This document shows, one piece after another, positions 26,138 to 35,214 of a stretch of DNA of 64,000 bases (positions are counted from its first letter, which is position 1; every line of letters starts with the position of its first letter). The notes below the pieces were generated by a model that was not told the origin of the DNA, made no database searches, and worked only from the letters and a program-made list of their open reading frames with translations. Origin of the DNA: a phage. Position numbers and translations under genes: made by a program. The stretch lies in NCBI GenBank assembly GCA_014435945.1, contig GCA_014435945.1_4088.1. One strand, 5' to 3'.

Positions 26138-26161
26138 TTCATTCCCCTGCGGGGGGATGAA
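26138..26161 (+). other. stable GC-rich hairpin with UGCG loop
   Basis: TTCATTCCCC-tgcg-GGGGGATGAA (10 bp with G-U pairs); no following T-run. Confidence 0.5.
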
Positions 26162-26271
26162 ATAGTCCTCAACAAATCCCGTCAAGCTTTTAAAGTACAT
26201 TATCATTTTCAGAAGGAACTAGTTTACGAAGTAAACGTAGTGACTTCTTGAGTTACGAGAGAACGAAGTGA

Positions 26272-26700
26272 ATGAGTAACACAACGAAAATATCCAATAC
26301 ATCTGAATTAACACAAATGTTATTCAAAGAATATTTTGAGTATCAAATCAAAAGCGATCATAATTTGGTTCAGACCTATTTGAAGAGAATCAAAGATCCA
26401 TTAAGTTTAAACAAAGGAACTGAATTTTATAACAGTATTTTAGATTTTATTAATTTAGTTCATACAAACAGACCTATTGTAGTTTTCTTCTTTGATAAAT
26501 CAATTCCTGTAGAAGTTCCTGATAATGTATTTTTTGTTACAGAAACTGATTTAAGTAATCAAAGTACTGTAAGTAGATTAAGGAATTGCTTACTTATAAT
26601 TTGTGATTCTTCATTATATAACAATAGAGTACTATGGAATAGAAGTAAGAGAAATGCAGTTTCAGAAATGAATCCTGAAGTTACCTTTATTATTAACTAA
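26272..26700 (+). CDS. hypothetical protein
   Basis: 142-aa ORF, very AT-rich. Confidence 0.45.
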   Translation: MSNTTKISNTSELTQMLFKEYFEYQIKSDHNLVQTYLKRIKDPLSLNKGTEFYNSILDFINLVHTNRPIVVFFFDKSIPVEVPDNVFFVTETDLSNQSTVSRLRNCLLIICDSSLYNNRVLWNRSKRNAVSEMNPEVTFIIN

Positions 26701-26730
26701 ATACCATAGAATAACTCTAAGGAGAGATTT

Positions 26731-27171
26731 ATGGAAAATATTAATGATTTGCGACATGTAATGGACTTTATTGGAGATACTGAAGAAGATAGTTCTTATG
26801 ATGAAGTACTACTTACATTTATTGAGAATAGTTTATTTTTAAGTGCTGCTGCTCACAACTGGCATTTACAGAGCCATTTCTACACTAAGCACCTACAATT
26901 GGATGAACTATACAAAGAGTTACCTGAGTACGTTGATGCATTTGTAGAGGGTATTATGAACACTCGCGGTGCATTGCAGGTAGGTACTGGTAACAGTTAT
27001 CGTTTTACCCCTATCGAGGATTGTGTACCAATTCTTGAAGAATATGTTAGTCAATGTAAAGCCATTCATGCTATGCTTGAAGAGGCTGAAGACTATGGCA
27101 GTACTAACACGCTAGAAGACATTATGAGTTTTTGTGAAGGAATGCTTTACAAACTCAAAGTTTTACAATAA
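26731..27171 (+). CDS. hypothetical protein (possible Dps/ferritin-like fold)
   Basis: AHNWHLQ ... HLQLDELY ... EEAEDYGSTNTLEDIM loosely recalls Dps helices; weak. Confidence 0.35.
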   Translation: MENINDLRHVMDFIGDTEEDSSYDEVLLTFIENSLFLSAAAHNWHLQSHFYTKHLQLDELYKELPEYVDAFVEGIMNTRGALQVGTGNSYRFTPIEDCVPILEEYVSQCKAIHAMLEEAEDYGSTNTLEDIMSFCEGMLYKLKVLQ

Positions 27172-27178
27172 AATATAT

Positions 27179-27208
27179 GGAGAGTCATTGTGACTCTCCT
27201 TTTCTTTT
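27179..27208 (+). terminator. intrinsic terminator
   Basis: GGAGAGTCA-ttg-TGACTCTCC followed by TTTTCTTTT then GGAG. Confidence 0.75.
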
Positions 27209-27219
27209 GGAGAATATAT

Positions 27220-27573
27220 ATGAGTGATTACCGCGTAACATCTGGACTAATGGCCCGTCTTATTGAAGCAGTTCCTGAAGATGATTATGAAGCTATTTCA
27301 GATCGTCTTTTTGACGCAGATTCTAAACTCCATATTACATATGATGGTGCATTGATTTTCAGTACTGATATTGATATGTCTAGTTATGAATTTGAGATTT
27401 CTTTTGGTAACAAACTAACTACTGAAGAATTCGCTCAAAAATGTGAGCGTGAAGGGTTGTGTATTGATATTAGTTCAGTTCAGCCATATACATCACTGTG
27501 GTATGATGGTGCTGATAGTCCAATGTCTACTACATCTTTACAGGATTTTCTAAATGCAAATCAAAAAGATTAA
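27220..27573 (+). CDS. hypothetical protein
   Basis: ATG 7 nt after GGAG; the ORF-track GTG at 27190 lies inside the terminator hairpin. Confidence 0.5.
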   Translation: MSDYRVTSGLMARLIEAVPEDDYEAISDRLFDADSKLHITYDGALIFSTDIDMSSYEFEISFGNKLTTEEFAQKCEREGLCIDISSVQPYTSLWYDGADSPMSTTSLQDFLNANQKD

Positions 27574-27946
27574 ATTCCACCAGCATTGTTCTATACATGA
27601 ATGTGATGATTGTGGTATGAACATGAGTGACATTTATACAGTTTCCTGTAAAGGATTCAAATTCACTCACGGTGAACCTGCATATTGTTATGGCACAGAA
27701 GAAGGTGATATCGAAGTAGTACTGAAAGAATTGTTCCAGTACTTGCAAAGTGCAGGTCATGATGTTACAATGCCCACATATTACGAAGATGATTATGACT
27801 CACATGTAGAAGAAAATACATATTATAATCAATTCGTTCATGGTAATGGCTTTATCACATACCTTCATGAGAATGGTATTGAGGTAAAAACTAAGTACAC
27901 TAGTGATGATTACGAAAGTGATGACTCTATGGAGATTGAAGATTGA
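27554..27946 (+). CDS. hypothetical Cys-rich protein
   Basis: 130-aa ORF; CxxxxCxxC cluster near N-terminus; acidic C-terminus. Confidence 0.45.
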   Translation: MQIKKIKFHQHCSIHECDDCGMNMSDIYTVSCKGFKFTHGEPAYCYGTEEGDIEVVLKELFQYLQSAGHDVTMPTYYEDDYDSHVEENTYYNQFVHGNGFITYLHENGIEVKTKYTSDDYESDDSMEIED

Positions 27947-28530
27947 AAGCAAAAGACCTAGCAGCACTGTTGATGCAGAACCCTGAAATGGAAGTGTATC
28001 ATGAGCACATGCATATTGATGATATGTGTGAATCGTACTATTCACCAGAAAATGTGTCTGGGATTGAAATCACACCAAGTGGTGTATTCATCAGTACTGA
28101 ACGTATTGATTACAATTCCCAGCAAGAAATCAAAACTCCACATAATAAACCTCGCATTGGTGCTATTGACCTAGTATTTCATCAGGACCGTTTGGTGGAA
28201 TATGATGAAGACGATGGTACTACCCGAACTGATGTTGAGAATGTTGTTTTTCCTTTTTATAACGCCTATGATGACCCAACAACAGGTGAAGATTTCTTCC
28301 GTGAGTTATCAGAGGATGGTTATGTTTATGGTGAAAATGGAACTATTTTTGTACTGGACCCTAATTATGAGCCAGATCACAACACTTGGCAATTCTATAC
28401 ACCTCAAGATGTAATGGAAGTTAAAGTACTTACAGATCTTGACGATAATTGGAACCCAGTATATACTTCAATGACATTTGAAGAAGCAAAAAACCATTTC
28501 GTTTCTAAACTAAACATTACAAAAGAATAA
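27943..28530 (+). CDS. hypothetical protein
   Basis: TTG start 8 nt after GGAG (in-frame ATG 30 nt downstream possible); acidic. Confidence 0.45.
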   Translation: MKAKDLAALLMQNPEMEVYHEHMHIDDMCESYYSPENVSGIEITPSGVFISTERIDYNSQQEIKTPHNKPRIGAIDLVFHQDRLVEYDEDDGTTRTDVENVVFPFYNAYDDPTTGEDFFRELSEDGYVYGENGTIFVLDPNYEPDHNTWQFYTPQDVMEVKVLTDLDDNWNPVYTSMTFEEAKNHFVSKLNITKE

Positions 28531-28543
28531 GGATTTGAAATTT

Positions 28544-28825
28544 ATGAAAATTGTCGCAAGTGCATGGATGAAACTTACTGATGGTACTACTGCTTTTGAA
28601 GAGTATGGCTTTGTTGAAAGTGTAGAAGAATTAAAGCGTTTCAAAAGTGAAAATGATGATGATGTATTTGACATTGTATTCACCTATCACCATATTCCAA
28701 ATGATACAGATTATGAACATTATTATTACAATCAAGATCTGTTGGAAAATCTAGTGTGCGACAATCAACATGAAATTGATGAAAACACTGCTCTACTAAT
28801 GCTGAGTACCGTATCTCCGGTATAA
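28544..28825 (+). CDS. hypothetical protein
   Basis: ATG after AAGGA; acidic 93 aa. Confidence 0.45.
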   Translation: MKIVASAWMKLTDGTTAFEEYGFVESVEELKRFKSENDDDVFDIVFTYHHIPNDTDYEHYYYNQDLLENLVCDNQHEIDENTALLMLSTVSPV

Positions 28826-28833
28826 GGAGTTAT

Positions 28834-29313
28834 ATGTATAACCTTACAATTATCCGCGAACCAAATGAATATGACGGTAATACAACCTATGGTGAAGTTT
28901 TGGTATTTCAAAGTACTGAACAAAGTGGTATTGAACATAAATTAAAAGATTATTTACGTGATCATTTATATCTGCACCGTACTGATGCAAATTGTAATTA
29001 TGGTGATATAATGTTTATTGTAACGCACAATGGTGCGGTAATTGAACATATGAACATGACAAATGTAATGGATTTTTATAATTACACTGATACTTCTTTT
29101 CCATTGGATAACTATTTCAGTACTGTTTTTGATGCGTTACGTAAGAACGTTGCTAAAAATGATAGATTCTGTACTAATTTTAGATTATTAGAAACAAATA
29201 CAAGAAAGAATCTTTCTAAGAAGTATGATGAAGAACATAAGAAAAATCAGGAAATTCAACGTTTACATGAGTTAATGAAGAAATATCCCAACGAGGTCAA
29301 ATATGGCTCTTAG
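28834..29313 (+). CDS. hypothetical protein
   Basis: ATG after AAGGAG; 159 aa. Confidence 0.5.
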   Translation: MYNLTIIREPNEYDGNTTYGEVLVFQSTEQSGIEHKLKDYLRDHLYLHRTDANCNYGDIMFIVTHNGAVIEHMNMTNVMDFYNYTDTSFPLDNYFSTVFDALRKNVAKNDRFCTNFRLLETNTRKNLSKKYDEEHKKNQEIQRLHELMKKYPNEVKYGS

Positions 29314-29641
29314 AGGACAAACTCAATATAAGTGTATTGAAGAAATCAGAAAGAAAGATGGAACACTTTTTGACAGGAAATTAAAACAAGAATATAAAGA
29401 CCTAAGAGATGTTATCCGAAATGAAAGTTTCGGTGGGAAGCGTAGACAGAAGATTTATGAATTTCTGAAGAATGGTGTAGAAATTCAAGTCAATGGTCTT
29501 CATTGTGTACAAACCAAAAACGATCCAGATATTTTACGTCTTTTAAAAGAGGGTAAAATAGAAATGTTCAATATCCCAATTTCATCCTATGGTAATAGAT
29601 TAAAATGTAAGCACACGTACTTAAGGATTAAAAATGGGTAA
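29303..29641 (+). CDS. hypothetical protein
   Basis: 112-aa basic ORF overlapping neighbours. Confidence 0.45.
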   Translation: MALRGQTQYKCIEEIRKKDGTLFDRKLKQEYKDLRDVIRNESFGGKRRQKIYEFLKNGVEIQVNGLHCVQTKNDPDILRLLKEGKIEMFNIPISSYGNRLKCKHTYLRIKNG

Positions 29642-30218
29642 ATTAGTATATTACTATGGTAGTATGTCTAGTGGTAAAAGTACTCATCTTTTACAAAAAG
29701 CATATAACCATAAGAAAAATGGAATGAAGGTAATTTACTTAACCAGTGCACTTGATGATCGTTATGGAACAGGAAAGATTACTTCAAGAATTGGCATCGA
29801 AGCTGTGGCTGAAGTAATTCCAAAAAATGACATTAGTGTTCTTCTTAAAGTTAAAGAAACACTCAAAAATGACGTTGACATTAACAGTATCTATGTTGAT
29901 GAATGTCAATTTTTAAACAGAGAACAGATTGACCATTTAGCTGATATAGCAGATAATTATGGTGTTGATGTTTCCTGTTATGGAATCCGAACAGATTTTG
30001 AATCCAATCTATTTGAAGGTTCACAAAGACTGTTCGAAATAGCTGATGACATACATGAACTTAAGAACGTGTGTGAGAATCAGAAGTGTGGCAAAGAAGC
30101 CACTATGAATGCCCGTATAGTTGAAAGTACTGATAAAGTCTTTATTGGTGGTGATGAATCATACAAGAGTCTATGCAGAACTTGCTATATGGATTATATG
30201 AGGAATAAAAATGGTTGA
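29634..30218 (+). CDS. tdk: thymidine kinase
   Basis: P-loop YYGSMSSGKST, DECQFL, C-terminal zinc motif CxxxxC ... CxxC. Confidence 0.9.
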   Translation: MGKLVYYYGSMSSGKSTHLLQKAYNHKKNGMKVIYLTSALDDRYGTGKITSRIGIEAVAEVIPKNDISVLLKVKETLKNDVDINSIYVDECQFLNREQIDHLADIADNYGVDVSCYGIRTDFESNLFEGSQRLFEIADDIHELKNVCENQKCGKEATMNARIVESTDKVFIGGDESYKSLCRTCYMDYMRNKNG

Positions 30219-30435
30219 TTCATTTATGAAACGCGTTTTGAATGATGTACTATCTGGATTTAAAAAAGCGACTAGTCTTATTTTTAGTTCAGTAGTGATG
30301 GTTATTACCGTAATGGCATTTGCACTTGTACTGCATTTTGTACCATTCTGGTTAGTATTCATTGTACTCATTGTTCTTCTAGGTACGCATGTTTATTATG
30401 TTTACTGTGAAGCTTTGGATGATGATAACGTTTAA
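30211..30435 (+). CDS. small membrane protein (hypothetical)
   Basis: Two hydrophobic helices. Confidence 0.4.
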   Translation: MVDSFMKRVLNDVLSGFKKATSLIFSSVVMVITVMAFALVLHFVPFWLVFIVLIVLLGTHVYYVYCEALDDDNV

Positions 30436-30443
30436 AAGTGTTT

Positions 30444-30467
30444 GACCTCACTATGTGGGGTCTTTTT
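30444..30467 (+). terminator. intrinsic terminator
   Basis: GACCTCAC-tat-GTGGGGTC (one G-U) followed by TTTTT. Confidence 0.55.
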
Positions 30468-30478
30468 AAGGTATCTAT

Positions 30479-30922
30479 ATGCATAACGAAACTGAAGTCT
30501 TCAAACGTTTCATTGATATTTGTTTACACACGAATTTGGTATATTTGGGTCCAGGAGCAAACTTCAGAACTTTATCTTCAATTTTAGGATACACTGAACC
30601 ATCATGCTTATATTGCGATGGGAACATGATCCATCTAACTGATGGTGATTTTAATGTTCAGTACATTTCTCAATGTGATATGTATGTATTCAATACACCA
30701 GAATATAATATTATTATTGAAGAACGTACTAAAGATAATTACCCAACCCAATATGTAAGTTGGGATAGAACAGATTGCGTATATGCCACTGGCCCAGTAC
30801 AGAAACCTATGAACTATCCTACTATTCATTTGAATGTTATCCATGATGAATTGAAAGATTACTGTAACAGTATTTCAGATTCGGAAACAAAATACTTTCC
30901 TATTATATTTTTTAAGGTTTGA
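30479..30922 (+). CDS. hypothetical protein
   Basis: 147-aa ORF. Confidence 0.5.
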   Translation: MHNETEVFKRFIDICLHTNLVYLGPGANFRTLSSILGYTEPSCLYCDGNMIHLTDGDFNVQYISQCDMYVFNTPEYNIIIEERTKDNYPTQYVSWDRTDCVYATGPVQKPMNYPTIHLNVIHDELKDYCNSISDSETKYFPIIFFKV

Positions 30923-31314
30923 TTATGAGATGGCGTAAACGACATGTAACAAGATTTAATAAAATAATCAAAAAGTATTTCTCGCATAAGTTAGATCCAA
31001 TCATACTTCAACTAAGAAGTAGTATGTTTGATAGACGTTTCCCACAGTGTTTAGAATCGTACAGTCGTAAACGTTACAAGAATGAATACCTGGTATATCG
31101 TTATGATTTATCAGAATTCTTTTTGAATACTCGTGTATCTGTACCCATCAGACTGTACTCAAGGGTAAAACGAAGTAGGGTCCAAGATATCACTTATGGT
31201 TATCTTATGCTTGAGATTAATGAACTCAATGAAAAAACAGGTAGAAATTTCAGTACTTTATGTCTGGAAAACAATGATATCATAAAAAGAATTATAGAAG
31301 ATTTGGGCAAGTAG
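30919..31314 (+). CDS. hypothetical basic protein
   Basis: 131 aa, Arg/Lys-rich. Confidence 0.45.
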   Translation: MIMRWRKRHVTRFNKIIKKYFSHKLDPIILQLRSSMFDRRFPQCLESYSRKRYKNEYLVYRYDLSEFFLNTRVSVPIRLYSRVKRSRVQDITYGYLMLEINELNEKTGRNFSTLCLENNDIIKRIIEDLGK

Positions 31315-31343
31315 GATTTTTTATGCTATAATTGGAGATGAGT

Positions 31344-31688
31344 ATGAAATACATCGACAAAGGTACAGTTGAAACACAGTACTGGAATATTCATATTGCT
31401 GGTGATATCCAAACAGCAAGAGAGTACACACGAAAGTTTGCATTCAAGCTTGGATTTTGTGTACAATTGATTCCGTGTGAATACATCTACACGGGTGGTC
31501 TTGAAAGTGGAATGTGTGCTCGTATTATTCAGTACCCACGCTTCCCAAAAGAAGAAATATATCTCAACCGAGATGTATTAAACTATGCTAAGGGTTTAGC
31601 TGAAGAGTTGTGTCAAAAGAGTTTTACTATTGAACGAAATAATGATACAATCTATTATGAAAGTACCGACCCTTTACACAAGAAATGA
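31344..31688 (+). CDS. hypothetical protein
   Basis: ATG 6 nt after GGAG (ORF track gave TTG at 31332). Confidence 0.45.
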   Translation: MKYIDKGTVETQYWNIHIAGDIQTAREYTRKFAFKLGFCVQLIPCEYIYTGGLESGMCARIIQYPRFPKEEIYLNRDVLNYAKGLAEELCQKSFTIERNNDTIYYESTDPLHKK

Positions 31689-31699
31689 AAGGAAAATAT

Positions 31700-31831
31700 A
31701 TGAATGGACTAAAAAAGTTTGGTAAAGATTTTCTAAAGTGCATCCGATACACATATGATGCAAATCCAGAAATGACTGCCATCGTGGGTGTGTTTATTAC
31801 ACTCGTTGTATTAAGCTTTATTGTGGTGTAA
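31700..31831 (+). CDS. small membrane protein (hypothetical)
   Basis: 43-aa ORF below track cutoff; ATG after AAAGGAAAA; C-terminal TM helix. Confidence 0.3.
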   Translation: MNGLKKFGKDFLKCIRYTYDANPEMTAIVGVFITLVVLSFIVV

Positions 31832-31834
31832 CAT

Positions 31835-32038
31835 ATGATTGAAATTAATGCTGATATATATTGTAGTGCATCACCCAATTACTTCATTTATGCACTAAGT
31901 ACATTTGGTGAAACTGAAGGTGAAACTTTTGTTTTAGTAGATAATACTACATGGTACAAAACAAGTAATAAAATTCCGAAAGATGTTTTGGAAACTTATG
32001 TTCGTATTGAAAATAAAAACATATATGTAAATTTATAG
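31835..32038 (+). CDS. hypothetical protein
   Basis: 67-aa ORF. Confidence 0.35.
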   Translation: MIEINADIYCSASPNYFIYALSTFGETEGETFVLVDNTTWYKTSNKIPKDVLETYVRIENKNIYVNL

Positions 32039-32045
32039 GTAAAAT

Positions 32046-32456
32046 ATGATTGAAATGGAAGGAACTCTGGTGTATGATCCAGATCGTGGCACTATGAAAA
32101 AGAAGAAGGACTTCTGGTTAGTACTGCAACTTCCATTACAGTTGGTTCGATACTACCAGTACTTCATCAGAACTGACTTACATATTGATATCAAAGACCC
32201 ACAATGGGGAGCACATGTCAGTATCGTTCGTGGTGAAGTGCCACCAAATCCAGAGTACTGGAAAAAGTACGATGGTATGAAAGTTAAGATTAAGTTCGAA
32301 CCTTTCATCGAAGAAGTAAAAGACAATAAGAAACCTGGGTCATTCTTTATCATAGAGTTTGAAGATGATTTCATTGCACAAATTCGTGATGAACTTGGTT
32401 TAGCATCTAAATATTTCAAATATCACATCACCATTGGTAGAACATACTACGATTAA
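32046..32456 (+). CDS. 2H-phosphoesterase-superfamily protein (LigT-like)
   Basis: Two H-x-[ST]-x motifs about 90 residues apart: GAHVSIVRGE and KYHITIGR. Confidence 0.5.
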   Translation: MIEMEGTLVYDPDRGTMKKKKDFWLVLQLPLQLVRYYQYFIRTDLHIDIKDPQWGAHVSIVRGEVPPNPEYWKKYDGMKVKIKFEPFIEEVKDNKKPGSFFIIEFEDDFIAQIRDELGLASKYFKYHITIGRTYYD

Positions 32457-32623
32457 TGTGGTTATTTGGTAAATAGGTCTTGATATAACTAAAAAGTATG
32501 CTATACTACTTAAATGTTCCAAAGAACAACTGAGTACTGTAGAAAGTCCAATGAGGCTTTTGCAAATGGCCTCTTTGCCCTCTTTGTGATTGCTCATTGT
32601 TAACAACCAACAAAGGAGGCGTT

Positions 32624-33550
32624 TTGAAAAAAGCGAAAAAAGCACTGAAAACTAAAATTGCCGTAGGCGTATTAGTTTCATCAGCCCTATTCGCTGCTAT
32701 TGGATTTTATGGTTTTTCTCAAAGTGATCATGTACCATCATTAGACGAAAGTCAGGTGCATAATTTAAAACCACAGTTTACTCAAATTCAAAAGCAGGAA
32801 CTACCAAAGGTATCAGTACCAAAAGCAGTTCCAAGCAGCGAGAAACATTATACGGTTCAACCTGGTGATAGTTATTATTCTATTGCACAGAAATTTAAAC
32901 CTAAAAATGTACAGATTGAAGATTATGTCATTTTGTTGAAGAACATCAACTTAAATGCAACTCTTCATACTTCTCAGGGTATCTTTATCCCAACAAAAGA
33001 GGATTTGAAGCACGTATTGTTACCAGATGTGACTGTACTGTTTGATTATAAAGATCCAGAAATTGTCAATCACATCAAAGAAGCTGAAGGTTCTATTGAA
33101 TTTCAGTCCAAGAACAAACGACGTTTACTTGGTGGGAAAGTTGGAGTTCCATATCGAAATTCTAAATTTTATCCGTATCGTGATATAAAAGGTAACTTCA
33201 CTATTGGGTACGGACATTATCTTGGAAAGAAAGAATCAGATGCAAGTAAGTATCGTAATGGTATTACGAAGTCACAAGCACATAAACTTTTATTGTCTGA
33301 CATGGAACGAACTAATAATGATTTAGTTTTATTATTGAAGAAAAGAAATGCAACAAACCTTACGGCTGAACAACAACGAATTTTATTTGAGATGGCATTT
33401 ACATTAGGAGTTGATAAGTTAAATACTTTCAATAAATTATGGAAAAGCGTTGATAATCAAAATAATAACAAGTTCAAAAAAGAAATTAAGAATTCTCTAT
33501 GGTATCGTCAAGTAGGAAACCGTGCAGAATTGTTAGTTAGTAATTTGTAA
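32624..33550 (+). CDS. endolysin: N-terminal membrane anchor + LysM + T4-type (GH24) lysozyme domain
   Basis: TTG 5 nt after AAAGGAGG; TM segment; LysM YTVQPGDSYYSIAQKF; lysozyme motifs EAEGS, FTIGYGH, WYRQVGNRAELL. Confidence 0.75.
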   Translation: MKKAKKALKTKIAVGVLVSSALFAAIGFYGFSQSDHVPSLDESQVHNLKPQFTQIQKQELPKVSVPKAVPSSEKHYTVQPGDSYYSIAQKFKPKNVQIEDYVILLKNINLNATLHTSQGIFIPTKEDLKHVLLPDVTVLFDYKDPEIVNHIKEAEGSIEFQSKNKRRLLGGKVGVPYRNSKFYPYRDIKGNFTIGYGHYLGKKESDASKYRNGITKSQAHKLLLSDMERTNNDLVLLLKKRNATNLTAEQQRILFEMAFTLGVDKLNTFNKLWKSVDNQNNNKFKKEIKNSLWYRQVGNRAELLVSNL

Positions 33551-33558
33551 TTTACAAT

Positions 33559-33589
33559 AAAGGATGATATGTATCATCCTTTATTTTTA
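33559..33589 (+). terminator. intrinsic terminator
   Basis: AAAGGATGAT-atgt-ATCATCCTTT followed by ATTTTT. Confidence 0.7.
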
Positions 33590-33599
33590 AGGTAAAAAT

Positions 33600-34232
33600 A
33601 TGATATATAATGTTGGTATAAATGATGTACCAGGTGATTCTAAATCGGATAGTGATGGTTATTATATATATGTGAAATGGAAAAGTATGATTAAACGATG
33701 CTACTCAGTTGAATATCAAAAAATACATCATTCATATATTGGAACAACTGTATGTAATGAATGGCTTACATATTCAAATTTTAAAGATTGGTATCTAAAT
33801 AATTACATAGACGGGTATGTTTTAGATAAAGACTTGATATCGGGTGATTTACAAGTATACTCACCAGTGACATGTTCATTTGTACCACAAGAATTAAATT
33901 GTTCTATTCTTGAAAGTAATAGTGCTAAAACAAAACTACCATTGGGTGTGTCATATCAACAGAAAACTAAAAATATGATAAATGAACGTTCGAAACCATA
34001 TGATTCATATATAAAAATGTATGGTAAGTTGTATCGTCTTGGTAGTTATGAATGTCCTGAACTTGCACATAAAGAATGGCAAATCGCCAAGAAAAAATAT
34101 CTCGAAGAACTCATTGACAGATATAAAAATTCTGTTAAAATGGAAGTCATAGAAGGTATTCAGAAACGAATTGATATATTACATAATGATATAGTCAATA
34201 ACGGTGTTACAATCACAATCAATAAGATATAA
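33600..34232 (+). CDS. putative homing-endonuclease-associated DNA-binding protein
   Basis: WKSMIKRCYS ... YIGTTVCNEWLTYSNFKDW pattern recalled from phage proteins annotated HNH/AP2; tentative. Confidence 0.35.
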   Translation: MIYNVGINDVPGDSKSDSDGYYIYVKWKSMIKRCYSVEYQKIHHSYIGTTVCNEWLTYSNFKDWYLNNYIDGYVLDKDLISGDLQVYSPVTCSFVPQELNCSILESNSAKTKLPLGVSYQQKTKNMINERSKPYDSYIKMYGKLYRLGSYECPELAHKEWQIAKKKYLEELIDRYKNSVKMEVIEGIQKRIDILHNDIVNNGVTITINKI

Positions 34233-34244
34233 GGTAGGTAAATT

Positions 34245-34577
34245 ATGCTAGATTTAGTTATCCAAGGTAATGTTGATATTACTCCAGCAATCAATTACGC
34301 GATTCATGCAGAAGCAAATGCACTAACGAAGTTTAGTGATTCTTCAGTACTTTATATCGGTGTTCATGTGAAGAAAGAGCATAAGTCTCAATACTCTGTG
34401 ACTCTAACATCAGGTAGTAAATCAGTTACTGCCGATGCAGCAGATTTATACAAGGCGATTGCTGATTCATTTGAAAAAATGGAAACTGTATTCAGTAAAG
34501 ACAAAAGCATTAAATTGCACCGCCGAAACCATCCAGAACATCCAGTTCAAGAAGACTTGACTGACAACGAAGAGTAA
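34245..34577 (+). CDS. hypothetical protein
   Basis: 110-aa ORF. Confidence 0.5.
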   Translation: MLDLVIQGNVDITPAINYAIHAEANALTKFSDSSVLYIGVHVKKEHKSQYSVTLTSGSKSVTADAADLYKAIADSFEKMETVFSKDKSIKLHRRNHPEHPVQEDLTDNEE

Positions 34578-34588
34578 TATATAATAAA

Positions 34589-34620
34589 GGGACAGAGATA
34601 ATTCTGTCCCTTTTCTTTTT
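34589..34620 (+). terminator. intrinsic terminator
   Basis: GGGACAGA-gataat-TCTGTCCC followed by TTTTCTTTTT then GGAG. Confidence 0.75.
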
Positions 34621-34630
34621 GGAGTACATT

Positions 34631-34810
34631 ATGAATGCAGTACTGATATTTTTAATGTGTGTGGTATTTGGTGCTTTTGGTCTATTCGTAATTTTAGATA
34701 CTGAACCTAGTACTGAAGTAGGTACAACCATTACACTTAAACCTGGTGTTAAAATTAATGATACCTATTGCTACAATCCAAACATAAACCGTTATGAGAT
34801 TTGTTTATGA
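34631..34810 (+). CDS. small membrane protein (hypothetical)
   Basis: ATG 7 nt after GGAG; N-terminal TM helix. Confidence 0.4.
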   Translation: MNAVLIFLMCVVFGAFGLFVILDTEPSTEVGTTITLKPGVKINDTYCYNPNINRYEICL

Positions 34811-35214
34811 AAACATTCAATATTGTTCATATAATTGAACCGATTGCAGAACATATTAAAAACATAAGTAAGAACGATTCAGGTTTTTTCTTCAATTTAG
34901 ACAAACTTCATCGCTATACCAATGTATCTAGTTTTAATCGTGCTAAGAGACTTTATATCCGTATACACAACCTATGGTACAGTGACGATACGTTGATGAT
35001 AGATATTACTGTTGATGAAGACATAACATTAAGATACATTGACGATTTTAAATCAGATGATATTCGTTCTGGCTCATTACCAATTGATGCTTCATATGAA
35101 GAATATATGCAATATCAGTTCATTGATGACACATTTGGATTTGACTTTGATCTATATAATAGTATAATGAACGTATACCATATATACGAAAGGAATTTGA
35201 ATGGACATTCGTAA
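34801..35214 (+). CDS. hypothetical protein, tandem paralog 1
   Basis: C-terminus YMQYQFIDDTFGFDFDLYNSIMNVYHIYERNL resembles the next ORF. Confidence 0.45.
   Translation: MFMKTFNIVHIIEPIAEHIKNISKNDSGFFFNLDKLHRYTNVSSFNRAKRLYIRIHNLWYSDDTLMIDITVDEDITLRYIDDFKSDDIRSGSLPIDASYEEYMQYQFIDDTFGFDFDLYNSIMNVYHIYERNLNGHS

Noticed and set aside
25943-26251. ORF-track entries 25943-26206 (-) and 26036-26251 (+) within the non-coding island
   Set aside because: No ribosome-binding site, they span the terminator and hairpin elements, and the minus ORF would be the only antisense gene in 58 kb; more likely non-coding.
25582-26271. tRNA gene(s) or group I intron in the ORF-poor island
   Set aside because: T-loop-like strings (GGTTCGCACC, GTTCAAGGA) do not fit the GTTCRANYC consensus with a flanking 5-bp stem and no acceptor stem/CCA context was found; no group I P/Q/R/S core elements seen and no flanking split gene. 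Kept only as an unclassified ncRNA candidate.
27190-27219. GTG start at 27190 for the downstream gene
   Set aside because: It lies within the terminator hairpin (27179-27199); the in-frame ATG at 27220 has a correctly spaced GGAG.
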